47,574 nucleotides of DNA from an uncultured Acidobacteriota bacterium. GTDB lineage: Bacteria > Acidobacteriota > Blastocatellia > RBC074. The stretch covers positions 1-47,574 of the forward strand of contig CAIKMY010000220.1 of NCBI GenBank assembly GCA_903828635.1, in the 5' to 3' direction. The translations under genes were made by a program, and so were the position numbers. The notes beneath the pieces are model-generated. The model was given only the letters and a program-made list of their open reading frames with translations, did not search any database and was not told the origin of the DNA. Shown piece by piece: positions 1-9,631 of this stretch (the first letter of the stretch is position 1; each line of letters starts with the position of its first letter).

Positions 1-1611
1 ACCGACACCGAAGTCATCCTGCACCTTTACGAAGAGCTTGGCACGGCGGCCTTTGCGAGGCTCAACGGGATGTTTGCCTTTGCGCTTTACGATTCAGCAC
101 GCAGGCGGCTCTTTCTGGTACGCGATCATCTTGGGGTCAAGCCACTCTACTACCATAGTAGTAACGGGCGACTGATCTTCGCCTCGGAGATCAAGGCGAT
201 TCTGGCAAGCGGATACTATCGCCCCGGGATTGACTGGCAGGCGATCAGCGACTTTTTCTCATACCTCTACATTCCTTCGCCGCAAACTGCCTTTCGCGAC
301 ATTCGTCAGTTGCCGCCAGCCCATTATCTTGAATACGATCTGGCACGCCGCGGGGTGGCCGGGATCACGCGGTACTGGAGCCTTGGGGCGGCGGTAACAG
401 CACAGAATGGTGAGCGAGGCAACCTTGACTCGTGGCGTGAGGATCTGCGACAAACAATGGGGCAGGCAGTCACGCGGCAGATGGTTGGTGATGTTCCGGT
501 GGGTGCCTTCCTTTCAGGTGGAGTCGATTCAAACATTCTCGTCGGGCTGATGGCCGCAGCCTCGCTACAACCGGTGAAGACCTTCACGGTGATCTTTGAC
601 GAACCAGGGATGTCATATTACGACGAGCGCGAAGAGGCACGGCGGGTAGCACGAAGGTTCGGGACGGAGCACCATGAACTGCCGATCGACCTCTCGCGAC
701 CGGAGGAGATGCTTGAACTGGTCGGCCACTTCGACCAGCCATTCGGAAACACGACATTCTATCTGACGTGGCTGCTTTCGCAGCAGACGCGACAACACGT
801 CAAGGTGGCACTCTCGGGAGCTGGCGGTGACGAGCTTTTCGGCGGTTATCCACGATATCGTGCGGTGCAGGCGATGTCATATCTGCAATGGATACCGCCT
901 GGAGCGGGCCGTGCAGCGCTGGCATTGCTGCGACCACTGAGAGACAGCTTTGCCGATCGGCGCCTCCATCGGGTACGTGCGCTGCTGTCGGGGCTTGACC
1001 GCGATCCGGCGACTCAGTATCTGAAGTGGGTCTACTATCTCGATGAGGAGCGCAAGGGATTGCTGCTGCACGAGCAACAGCCGGATCGACTGCCGGCGGC
1101 GCGAGTGCTGCGTGAATATCTGCGCGAGATCCCGGCAGCATGGGACGATGGCAATCGCTTCTCGGCGCTCGACGTCGCCACCTTTCTGCCGGATAATCTG
1201 CTGGAATATTCTGACAAGATGAGCATGGCGGCAGGGCTGGAGGTGCGAGTTCCCTACCTCGATCCGGAGGTTGTCGAGCTGGCCTTCCGCATCCCCTTCT
1301 CGCTGAAGCTGACGCGGCGTGAAAGCAAGCTGGTGCTGCGAAATACCTTTGCCGATCTGATTCCGGAAGAGAATCAAAGAGCGCCGAAGAAGGGATTCAA
1401 CGTGCCGCTTGGGCTCTGGATGAGAAAGCACTTCGATCACTGCTTCGACGAGCTGCTGCCACGATCCCGGGTCGAGCGTCAGGGTATTTTCAAATATGAG
1501 GCCATCGAACGGCTGCGCGATGAGCATCGTCGCGGCCGCCGTGACAACGCCTACGAACTCTTCGCGATTCTGATCTTCGATGCGTGGTATCGAAGGTTTT
1601 TCGGTGATTGA
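1..1611 (+). CDS. asnB: Asparagine synthase (glutamine-hydrolysing)-like amidotransferase, 5'-truncated by the window edge
   Basis: Frame 1 is open from nt 1 (TDTEVILHLYEELG...) into ORF 70..1611. It has the PP-loop motif FLSGGVDS and the typical AsnB block LFLVRDHLGVKPLYY. Confidence 0.9.
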   Translation, partial: TDTEVILHLYEELGTAAFARLNGMFAFALYDSARRRLFLVRDHLGVKPLYYHSSNGRLIFASEIKAILASGYYRPGIDWQAISDFFSYLYIPSPQTAFRDIRQLPPAHYLEYDLARRGVAGITRYWSLGAAVTAQNGERGNLDSWREDLRQTMGQAVTRQMVGDVPVGAFLSGGVDSNILVGLMAAASLQPVKTFTVIFDEPGMSYYDEREEARRVARRFGTEHHELPIDLSRPEEMLELVGHFDQPFGNTTFYLTWLLSQQTRQHVKVALSGAGGDELFGGYPRYRAVQAMSYLQWIPPGAGRAALALLRPLRDSFADRRLHRVRALLSGLDRDPATQYLKWVYYLDEERKGLLLHEQQPDRLPAARVLREYLREIPAAWDDGNRFSALDVATFLPDNLLEYSDKMSMAAGLEVRVPYLDPEVVELAFRIPFSLKLTRRESKLVLRNTFADLIPEENQRAPKKGFNVPLGLWMRKHFDHCFDELLPRSRVERQGIFKYEAIERLRDEHRRGRRDNAYELFAILIFDAWYRRFFGD

Positions 1612-1645
1612 GCAGGCACTCGCGGACAAATTTCGCGGACAAACA

Positions 1646-3802
1646 ATGAAACAAGTGATTCAACATTTCCGTTCCGGGCTGCTGCGAGTCGAAGAGGTAC
1701 CGGAGACGATCTGCCGACCTGGAGGGATTCTCGTCAGCAACGTGGTCTCGCTGATCAGCGCGGGCACGGAGAAAATGACCGTCGACCTTGCGCGCAAGTC
1801 GCTGCTGGGCAAGGCGCGCGAGCGTCCTGATCTGGTGCGTCAGGTGCTGCAGAAACTGAAGCGTGACGGGCTGATGAGTACGATGCGCACAGTTCGGGCA
1901 AGGCTGGAGACGCCAGTGGCACTGGGCTACAGTTGCGCCGGCATAGTTTGCGAAGTCGGCCCCGGAGCGAAGGAGTTTCAGGTCGGTGACCGTGTCGCCT
2001 GTGCCGGGATGAATTATGCATCTCACGCGGAGACGGTCTTCATCCCGAGAAACCTCGCGGTAAAAATGCCGGCGGAGACGGGTTTTGACGAGGCCGCGTT
2101 CGTCACGCTCGGAGCGATTGCTCTGCAGGGAGTGAGGACAGCGGAAGCGAGACTGGGCGAAACGGTGGCAGTGATCGGCCTTGGACTGATCGGACAGCTT
2201 ACGGTGCAGATTCTCAAGGCGGCCGGATGTCGGGTAATCGGGATTGATCTCGATCAGTCAAAGATCTCGCTGGCAACCGAGCTTGGTGCTGATGCGGCGA
2301 TCAGGCGCGACGAAGATGTCGAGGGGCTGATCAGGCGGCTGACGGACGGCTTGGGGGTCGATGCCGTGATCATCACGGCGGCAGCTGAATCGAACGATCC
2401 GGTAGAGCTCGCCGGAGCGATCGCCCGTGATCGCGCAATCATCTCAGTGGTCGGTGCCGTCGGGCTCTCGATCCCGAGAAAGCAATATTACGAGAAGGAA
2501 TTGCAGTTGCGCCTCTCGCGATCTTATGGCCCGGGCCGCTATGATCGCCAGTACGAGGAGTTGGGCATCGACTATCCTGTCGGCTACGTGCGCTGGACCG
2601 AGCGGCGCAACATGCAGGAGTTTCTCCGGCTGACGTCTGAGCGCAGGGTGCGGCTGGAGCGGCTGATCACGCATCGCTTCCCGATTATGCTTGCGGAAGA
2701 GGCCTACGAGATCGTCACCGGCCAACGACGCGAGGATTTCCTCGGGGTGCTGCTCGATTACGACCGCGAGCGATCACGCCGTGTGCCAGTGTCATCGGTG
2801 ATGTTGACGCCGCAGACGAAACGACAAGGCGACGGAAAGATCGGCATCGGGATGATCGGGGCCGGCAACTTCGCGAGGAGCGTCTTGTTACCACGACTTG
2901 CCGCCAACAGGCGCGTAGCGCTGAGGAGCGTGGCAACGGCAACTGGTAAGAATGGTTTTACCCTCGCGAAGCAGTATGGATTCACCACCTGCACGACCGA
3001 CTATCACGAGGTACTGGCCGATGACAATGTCGATGCAGTAATCATCACGACGCGCCACGATACTCATGCGAGGATGGCGGCGGCGGCCCTGCTGGCCGGG
3101 AAGGATGTCTTTGTCGAGAAGCCGCTGGCAATCGATATCGATGATCTGAACGGACTGGCCACCGCGGTGGCTGAGCGGAATGGCCGGGTGATGGTCGGCT
3201 TCAACCGCAGGTTTTCTCCATTATCGGCGGAGCTGAGGAATTTTTTTCGTGAAGCCGGGCCGCTGGCGATCGTCTGCCGCATCAATGCCGGGGCCATTCC
3301 GGCAGAAAGCTGGATTCAGGGAGACGAAGGGGGAGGACGCATCCTTGGCGAGGTCTGCCATTTTGTCGACTACCTGCAATTCCTGACCGGCGCCGATCCG
3401 GTTGAGGTCTTTGGCCTGCGCCATCCGGCAGGGCCCGACACTGTCTCGATTCTGCTGCGGATGAGTGATGGCTCGACCGGGACAATTGCCTACCTTGCCA
3501 ATGGAGATCGCGGTGTGGCCAAAGAGCGGATCGAGGTCTACGCCGGCGGACGGACCGCCATCCTCGACGACTTTCGCCGACTCGACCTCTGGCATGATGG
3601 CCGGTGCAGAACGGTGAAGAGAATGGCTCAGGAGAAGGGCTTTGATGAGGAGATTGCGGCTTTCCTCGATGCGGTCGGCCAGAGACGGCCAATGCCCATT
3701 ACCTGGGAGAGCCTGCTGCTGACGACGCTGACGACGCTGAGAATCGAGGAGTCGATACGCACCGGAGTCCCGGTGAGGATCGAACTTTCAGTCTCAATCT
3801 GA
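1646..3802 (+). CDS. Bi-domain oxidoreductase: N-terminal MDR/zinc-alcohol-dehydrogenase-like domain fused to a C-terminal Gfo/Idh/MocA domain
   Basis: ORF 1580..3802. Start moved to ATG 1646 (MKQVIQHF), which removes the overlap with asnB. Two Rossmann signatures are present: VIGLGLIGQL and IGMIGAGNFARS. Confidence 0.8.
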   Translation: MKQVIQHFRSGLLRVEEVPETICRPGGILVSNVVSLISAGTEKMTVDLARKSLLGKARERPDLVRQVLQKLKRDGLMSTMRTVRARLETPVALGYSCAGIVCEVGPGAKEFQVGDRVACAGMNYASHAETVFIPRNLAVKMPAETGFDEAAFVTLGAIALQGVRTAEARLGETVAVIGLGLIGQLTVQILKAAGCRVIGIDLDQSKISLATELGADAAIRRDEDVEGLIRRLTDGLGVDAVIITAAAESNDPVELAGAIARDRAIISVVGAVGLSIPRKQYYEKELQLRLSRSYGPGRYDRQYEELGIDYPVGYVRWTERRNMQEFLRLTSERRVRLERLITHRFPIMLAEEAYEIVTGQRREDFLGVLLDYDRERSRRVPVSSVMLTPQTKRQGDGKIGIGMIGAGNFARSVLLPRLAANRRVALRSVATATGKNGFTLAKQYGFTTCTTDYHEVLADDNVDAVIITTRHDTHARMAAAALLAGKDVFVEKPLAIDIDDLNGLATAVAERNGRVMVGFNRRFSPLSAELRNFFREAGPLAIVCRINAGAIPAESWIQGDEGGGRILGEVCHFVDYLQFLTGADPVEVFGLRHPAGPDTVSILLRMSDGSTGTIAYLANGDRGVAKERIEVYAGGRTAILDDFRRLDLWHDGRCRTVKRMAQEKGFDEEIAAFLDAVGQRRPMPITWESLLLTTLTTLRIEESIRTGVPVRIELSVSI

Positions 3803-3806
3803 CCCG

Positions 3807-5639
3807 ATGAAGAGGCTGCCACTGCTCATCCGGACAATTGCACCGCTGAGGTGGGAGCAGATCATCCTTCGCCCGCTGCAGATCGTGCGCAAGGCTGCCC
3901 GCCGCCAACTGCCCCTGCTGGCGGGCCGCTGGGAGCACGAACTACTCCCGGCCCCACCGGTTGACGACCACAGGCTCGCAATCATTCGCGAGGCGCTCAA
4001 CTCTGACTTTGCCCACCTCAGACCGTCGCTCGACGAGGTTACATTTCAGGCCATGGAGCTGATCTCCGGCCGCTTCACCCTGCTCAATGAAACACGACAG
4101 CTCGATCAGCCGGATTGGAACCAGCGTCATGTCGGCCATCTCTGGAATTACCAATTACACTATTTCGGCTTTGCCATCGGCGCTGCGCGCCTGCTGGTCG
4201 AGCGCGGCCAGCCTGCGCCAATGGAGCGATGCCGCCGTCTGATCGAAAGCTGGATCGACAATGCCCGGGTTGGTCAGAGTGATGGCTGGGATGCCTATCC
4301 GGTTTCGCGGCGCGTCGTCAACTGGATTTATGCCTATACCCTTGCCGCGGGGCACCTGGATAGCGACAGTCGGCAGGGGAACACCTCCCTGATTAGTGAC
4401 GATGGCAGCGGGCCGTCTTCCAAGGCAGCGAGTTCTGCTTCAGATGATCAGCTCTTCGTCGAGCGCTGGCGGGCCTCGATCCATCGACAACTCGACTATC
4501 TCGACAGTAACCTTGAATTTCATCTGCTCGCCAATCACCTGCTGGCCAATGTCCGGGCACTGGTGATCGGCGGGCTCTTCTTCGACAACCAGCGGTGGCT
4601 GAGACGTGGCGAGCGACTGCTCTGGCGTGAGATGGATGAACAGATACTCGACGATGGCGGCCATTACGAACGCTCACCGATGTATCACGCCCTGGCACTG
4701 AGTGATCTGCTGGAGTGTGTGCGGCTGCTGACTGCCTGCGGACGCCCGATCCCCGCCAATACCATGCCGCGACTCCGCCGCATGGCCGCTTTCCTCGCCG
4801 CCCTGAGCTATGATGACGGCACACTGGCGCTCTTCAATGATTCCGCCAACACCGCCGAGACCCGTCCGGGACCGATACTCGACACCGCACGCCACATCTG
4901 CGGCGCTGCTGACGATCCATTACCCGGCATCTTCCCCCAATCCGGATACCACCTCTGGAGCTCACCGGATGGCGATGAGAAGATCATCGTCGATGCCGGG
5001 CCGCCATCGGTGATCTATAATGCCGCTCACGCTCACTGTGATATGCTCAGCTTTGAGTTACGTCTCGGGGGTCGGCCATGGTTTATCGATAGCGGAGTCC
5101 ACGGCTACGGTGGCGATCGCTTTCGCGAATACTGCCGTTCGACGCGGGCTCACAACACGCTGATGATCGAGGGGAGCGAGCAGTCGGAGGTCTGGGGAAC
5201 CTTTCGCCTCGGTCGTCCGGCGAAAATGATTGCTGCCGCATCGCACGGAGAAGAGAGCCGCTGGCGGTTTGACGGTGCCTGCCATCCCCACTTCGACCGT
5301 GACATCGAGCACCATCGCCGCATTGAACGCTTCACCGATGGATCGTGGCTCTTCGAGGATCGATTGCGCGGCCGGCCGGAACTGACCGTCAGGAGCTTCC
5401 TTCACCTCCCGTGCGAGGTATCGATCACGCCACACCGGGACGGTGGCCTCACGCTGAGGCGGAAGAGTGTCGTTCGTCAATTCATCCCGTTTGGCAATCT
5501 TACCCTCTCGATTCACGAGGCCGATGACGAGAGCGTCGAAGGATGGGTCTTCCCTGATTTCGGCGTCGCCCTTCCCGGCAGGATGATCATCCTCACCGGT
5601 CGTGTCAGGGACGATCAACCGTTCGGTTTCAGAATTTAA
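3807..5639 (+). CDS. Heparinase II/III-like family protein, common in polysaccharide loci
   Basis: 610-aa ORF starting 5 nt after the previous stop. Contains DGGHYERSPMYH and the later HAHCDMLSFEL block typical of the family. A low-complexity Ser/Asp insert is present (DSDSRQGNTSLISDDGSGPSSKAASSASDD). Confidence 0.75.
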   Translation: MKRLPLLIRTIAPLRWEQIILRPLQIVRKAARRQLPLLAGRWEHELLPAPPVDDHRLAIIREALNSDFAHLRPSLDEVTFQAMELISGRFTLLNETRQLDQPDWNQRHVGHLWNYQLHYFGFAIGAARLLVERGQPAPMERCRRLIESWIDNARVGQSDGWDAYPVSRRVVNWIYAYTLAAGHLDSDSRQGNTSLISDDGSGPSSKAASSASDDQLFVERWRASIHRQLDYLDSNLEFHLLANHLLANVRALVIGGLFFDNQRWLRRGERLLWREMDEQILDDGGHYERSPMYHALALSDLLECVRLLTACGRPIPANTMPRLRRMAAFLAALSYDDGTLALFNDSANTAETRPGPILDTARHICGAADDPLPGIFPQSGYHLWSSPDGDEKIIVDAGPPSVIYNAAHAHCDMLSFELRLGGRPWFIDSGVHGYGGDRFREYCRSTRAHNTLMIEGSEQSEVWGTFRLGRPAKMIAAASHGEESRWRFDGACHPHFDRDIEHHRRIERFTDGSWLFEDRLRGRPELTVRSFLHLPCEVSITPHRDGGLTLRRKSVVRQFIPFGNLTLSIHEADDESVEGWVFPDFGVALPGRMIILTGRVRDDQPFGFRI

Positions 5640-5642
5640 AGT

Positions 5643-6866
5643 ATGAAAATCCTCTTCCTCTGCCAGTACTTCCCCCCGGAGATGGGAGCCCCGGCGGCAC
5701 GGACCTGGGAACACACCCGCCACTGGGCCTCAAAGGGGCATGACGTCACGGTCGTCACCGGATTCCCCAATCACCCGACGGGGATCATTCGTCCTGAATA
5801 TCGGGGGATGTACGTCAGGCGTGAGTGGGTGGAGGGTGTCTCTCTGCTGCGAACGTGGGTTTACTGTGCCGCCAACAAAGGTTTTTTCAGAAGAGTATTG
5901 AACTTTCTCTCATTCTTCTTTTCGTCACTGCTCCTCGGGGGGCTGATGCTTCCGCGACCGGAGGTGGTGATCGGAACCTCGCCGCAATTTTTCTGTGCGG
6001 TTGCCGCCTGGCTGTTAAGCTGGTGGAAGCGGGTGCCATTCGTCTTTGAAGTTCGCGACATCTGGCCGCTCTCGGCGATCGAGCTGGGCGCGATCACCAA
6101 CCGCTGGCTGATCAGCATCCTCGAAGCCATCGAGCTGCACCTGTATCGTCAATCACGTGCGATCGTCATCGTCGCCGAGTCGACACGCCCCTACCTGCTG
6201 GCGAGGGGGATCCCGGCGGAGAAGATCGTGCTGATCCCGAACGGTCTCGATGATCGTTTTATCGAGTCACCAACCGATTCGCCGGAAACGATTCGTGAGC
6301 GGCTTGGCCTGAAAGACAAGTTTGTCGTCTCCTACATCGGGACGCTCGGGATGTCGCACGCACTGGAGACGATGATCGAGGCGGCGACAGCGATGCGCGA
6401 TGATGCCGGCATCCATTTTCTGCTGATCGGTGAGGGAGCGGAGAAGGCGCAACTGATGGCCATGGCGGCAGAGCGACAGCCTGGCAATATCACTTTCCTG
6501 CCGGAGCAGCCGCGCGAATCACTGCCGGGCTTCTACCGTGCCAGCGATCTCGGCATCGTCTCGCTGAAGAATCTGCCGGTCTTCACCAAAGTGTTGCCAT
6601 CGAAGCTCTTCGAACTGATGGGCGCGGGCTGCCCGATCGTTTGCAGTGTCGCGGGAGAAGCGGCACAATTGGTTGATCGTTCCGGTGCCGGCATCTGCAT
6701 TGCGCCGGAGAACGAGGCGGCGCTGCGCGAAGCAATCAATACCATGCGCAATGATCCGACACGTCGACGCGAAATGGCCCGCGCCGGCAGAGAATTTGTC
6801 AGAGCACACTACGCACGCTCGGTTCTCGCGGACCGATATCTCGAAGCGTTATGCGAACGTATCTGA
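5643..6866 (+). CDS. Glycosyltransferase family 4, WbuB-like
   Basis: N-terminus MKILFLCQYFPPEMGAPAARTWEHTRHWASKGHDVTVVTGFPNHPTG is the characteristic WbuB-type GT4 start. 407 aa. Start lies 4 nt after the upstream stop. Confidence 0.85.
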   Translation: MKILFLCQYFPPEMGAPAARTWEHTRHWASKGHDVTVVTGFPNHPTGIIRPEYRGMYVRREWVEGVSLLRTWVYCAANKGFFRRVLNFLSFFFSSLLLGGLMLPRPEVVIGTSPQFFCAVAAWLLSWWKRVPFVFEVRDIWPLSAIELGAITNRWLISILEAIELHLYRQSRAIVIVAESTRPYLLARGIPAEKIVLIPNGLDDRFIESPTDSPETIRERLGLKDKFVVSYIGTLGMSHALETMIEAATAMRDDAGIHFLLIGEGAEKAQLMAMAAERQPGNITFLPEQPRESLPGFYRASDLGIVSLKNLPVFTKVLPSKLFELMGAGCPIVCSVAGEAAQLVDRSGAGICIAPENEAALREAINTMRNDPTRRREMARAGREFVRAHYARSVLADRYLEALCERI

Positions 6867-8395
6867 TACTCTTCACCGTCTCAGCGCTTGCCTCACTCTG
6901 GCTGACACCAGTAGTGCGTCGCCGAGCCATACACTGGGGAGCGGTGGCCATCCCCGACAATGGTCGCCATATCCACGCCAGGCCGACACCGCGCCTCGGC
7001 GGGATTGCGATCTACCTTGGATTCCTGCTTTCGCTTGGCATTGTCCCGCTGATGGGCAACCTGCTGAGCGACATCTTCGCTGCCAATTTGTCGCGAATCA
7101 TCGCGCTGCTCGTGCCGGCAACGCTGATCTTCGCCTTCGGGATCTACGATGACTTCCGGCCAACCTCCGCACCCACCAAGCTCTTCTTTCAGTTGATCGC
7201 CTCGCTGATGATCTATGCCAGCGGTTACCGGATCGAGAATATCTCCTCGCCGTTTGGTGGATATATCGAACTGCCGGCGCTCCTCAGCTTTCCGCTGACG
7301 GCTTTGTGGATGGTGCTGCTGACCAATGCCTTCAACCTGATCGATGGGATTGACGGGCTGGCCGCAGGGGCCTCGGTCTTTGCCCTGCTCTCGATTGTTG
7401 TCTTCTCGATTGCCCAGGGAAACCCGGAGATCAGTCTGCTCTCGATCGCACTGATCGGAGCGGTGATCGGTTTTCTGCGTTACAACTTCAATCCGGCAAC
7501 GATCTTTCTCGGTGATTCGGGCAGCCTTTTTCTTGGATTCATGGCGGCCGGGCTCTCACTGGCCGGATCACAGAAGGGATCAACGATCGTTGCGATCGCC
7601 ATCCCGCTGATCACCTTCGGCCTGCCACTAACCGAGGCGGCCCTGAGCCTTGCTCGTCGTTACCTGAGCGAAGCGCCTCTGCTGGCCGGTGACCGCGGCC
7701 ATATTCATCACCGCCTGCTCGATCGCGGTCTGACACAGCGCCAGGCAGCCATCCTCCTCTATGCCGTCTGCGCGATTTTCTCACTCTTCGGCCTCATGCT
7801 GCTCAATCCGCAGCGCAGCATCGGCGCCCTCGTCTTTTTCATCCTCGGAGTCGGGCTGTTCTTCGGTGTCCAGCACCTCCGCTACCCTGAATTCAGCGAA
7901 ATCGGCAAGCAGCTCCGCCACCGTGTGCGCCGGCATCGACGCGCCATTGCCGCCAACGTCAGGATTCGACGAACAAGCGCCGATCTCAGTGGCGTGCAAA
8001 GCCCGGCAGAGTTCCTCTCCGCCCTTACCCATCTCGATGATCTGTTTGAATTCGATCGTGTCCTGATCGAGCTTGACGAGGCCTCTCCACTCTTTGAACG
8101 CCAGATTCTTGAAAACCGCGAGCGCCAGTCAGACCCATTCGCTCGTCCCATCCTCTGGATCCGTGAACGCTACGAGCCCGGTGCCGCGAGTGATCCCGAT
8201 CCGGCAAGATTCTGGTCGCTGCGCGTCCCGCTGACCAGCGATGAAGGCCTCCAGATAGGAGCGATTTACTTCCAGCGTGATACCCGCTCCGGCACGCCGG
8301 CAGTCGACCTCGACCGCCTCTGCAATATCCTTCCCCGCCAGATTGGACGCGCCCTCTCCCGCCTCATTGCCGGCAGTGCCACAACCACGCGATAA
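6851..8395 (+). CDS. WecA/MraY-family polyprenyl-phosphate N-acetylhexosamine-1-phosphate transferase with a ~170-aa C-terminal extension
   Basis: Multi-TM N-terminal ~340 aa with NAFNLIDGIDGLAAG and FLGDSGSLFLGF motifs. Overlaps the GT4 stop by 16 nt. The soluble tail from about residue 345 has no recognisable family. Confidence 0.85.
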   Translation: MRTYLILFTVSALASLWLTPVVRRRAIHWGAVAIPDNGRHIHARPTPRLGGIAIYLGFLLSLGIVPLMGNLLSDIFAANLSRIIALLVPATLIFAFGIYDDFRPTSAPTKLFFQLIASLMIYASGYRIENISSPFGGYIELPALLSFPLTALWMVLLTNAFNLIDGIDGLAAGASVFALLSIVVFSIAQGNPEISLLSIALIGAVIGFLRYNFNPATIFLGDSGSLFLGFMAAGLSLAGSQKGSTIVAIAIPLITFGLPLTEAALSLARRYLSEAPLLAGDRGHIHHRLLDRGLTQRQAAILLYAVCAIFSLFGLMLLNPQRSIGALVFFILGVGLFFGVQHLRYPEFSEIGKQLRHRVRRHRRAIAANVRIRRTSADLSGVQSPAEFLSALTHLDDLFEFDRVLIELDEASPLFERQILENRERQSDPFARPILWIRERYEPGAASDPDPARFWSLRVPLTSDEGLQIGAIYFQRDTRSGTPAVDLDRLCNILPRQIGRALSRLIAGSATTTR

Positions 8396-8415
8396 ATCGG
8401 CCTGTTGTCCGGCGA

Positions 8416-8823
8416 TTATTTCTGGAATGGGATGAATTCCGGGTCGTCCTGATGCTTCCGCTCCCACTTCAGGAAATCGTAGAAGCCACAGTTACTCGTC
8501 TCAGGATAGGTGCGGCAGAGCGCCGGTCGATGCTCGTAAATGGTGCAGCGCCGCTCCTCGCGATCGAGAAACCTGCAGGTACTCTTGTAAATCGGATCCT
8601 CACGATGGCGCAGCACACGGTGACCATAATCCTTGACAAACCTCGTGAAGCGACGCTCCGCCTGCTCATAAGTCAGTTCAAAGCGCTTCGCCAGCCGCTG
8701 AATATCCCGCTTTGTCACCATGATCCAGTCATAGGAGCAGCAATAAGCCGGGCACTTCTGGCAGTCATACTTCAGTCTCTTCTTATTTTCTGTGGGGAGT
8801 ATTGGAAGCTCTTTCCTTGCCAT
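8416..8823 (-). CDS. YkgJ-family cysteine-cluster protein (CxxCxxCC, putative Fe/Zn-binding)
   Basis: 135 aa with the [11 protein letters not shown] cluster plus later Cys residues (CRFL, CTIY, CRTY, NCGFY). Confidence 0.7.
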   Translation of the reverse strand: MARKELPILPTENKKRLKYDCQKCPAYCCSYDWIMVTKRDIQRLAKRFELTYEQAERRFTRFVKDYGHRVLRHREDPIYKSTCRFLDREERRCTIYEHRPALCRTYPETSNCGFYDFLKWERKHQDDPEFIPFQK

Positions 8824-8827
8824 GGTC

Positions 8828-9622
8828 TTAGTCCCGATCGTTGGTTATTTGTCTGAGGAATTCACGAACCTTCTTGAGATCATCCCAGGCTTCCCGCTTT
8901 TTATCGGGAGAACGCAGGAGATATGCCGGGTGGAAGGTCGGCAGTAATTTGACTCCGGGCAGGTAGGGATAGTCCTGAAACCGGCCGCGAATTTTGGTGA
9001 TGCCGACCCTCGAGTCGAGGAGTGACTGAGTGGCAGGATTGCCAAGCGTGACGATCAGTTTCGGGCGGATCGCGGCAATCTGACGCAGCAGAAACGGGCG
9101 GCAGGCGGTGACCTCGTCCTTCTCCGGTGTGCGATTCCCGGGAGGGCGCGATTTGACGACATTGGCAATGTAGACATCCTCACGGCGGAGGTCGATCGCT
9201 TCAATCATCTTTGTCAGCAGCTGGCCGGCACGTCCGACAAACGGTTTGCCGCTCAGATCCTCGTCGGCACCCGGCCCCTCACCCACAAACATCAGCGTCG
9301 CCTGTGGATTGCCCTCACCAAAAACGAGGTTGGTGCGCGTCTCCCAGAGCTTGCAGCGATGGCAGTCTCCAAGATCACGGCGAATGTCTTCGAGTGTCTC
9401 GCCGAAGGGCACCACGGGCTCCGCGGCGGCCATCCGGGCAGGCTCAATGAAAAGCGGCGGCCCGCTGCTGCTCTTCTCCGACTTTCGTGCAGGCATGACG
9501 AGTGGCTCCTTGGGATTACCGGGTGGCAGAGGGTCGAGATGAGTTACGCCAAGCTCGCGAAAGAACCGCAGGTACTCGACGGCCTGCTCAACAAGCTGAT
9601 TGTATTCTTCACGATCATTCAT
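8828..9622 (-). CDS. Uracil-DNA glycosylase, family 4
   Basis: Motif [10 protein letters not shown], a Cys cluster CHRCKLW and motif [11 protein letters not shown]. Confidence 0.85.
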   Translation of the reverse strand: MNDREEYNQLVEQAVEYLRFFRELGVTHLDPLPPGNPKEPLVMPARKSEKSSSGPPLFIEPARMAAAEPVVPFGETLEDIRRDLGDCHRCKLWETRTNLVFGEGNPQATLMFVGEGPGADEDLSGKPFVGRAGQLLTKMIEAIDLRREDVYIANVVKSRPPGNRTPEKDEVTACRPFLLRQIAAIRPKLIVTLGNPATQSLLDSRVGITKIRGRFQDYPYLPGVKLLPTFHPAYLLRSPDKKREAWDDLKKVREFLRQITNDRD

Positions 9623-9631
9623 GCTGATTGA

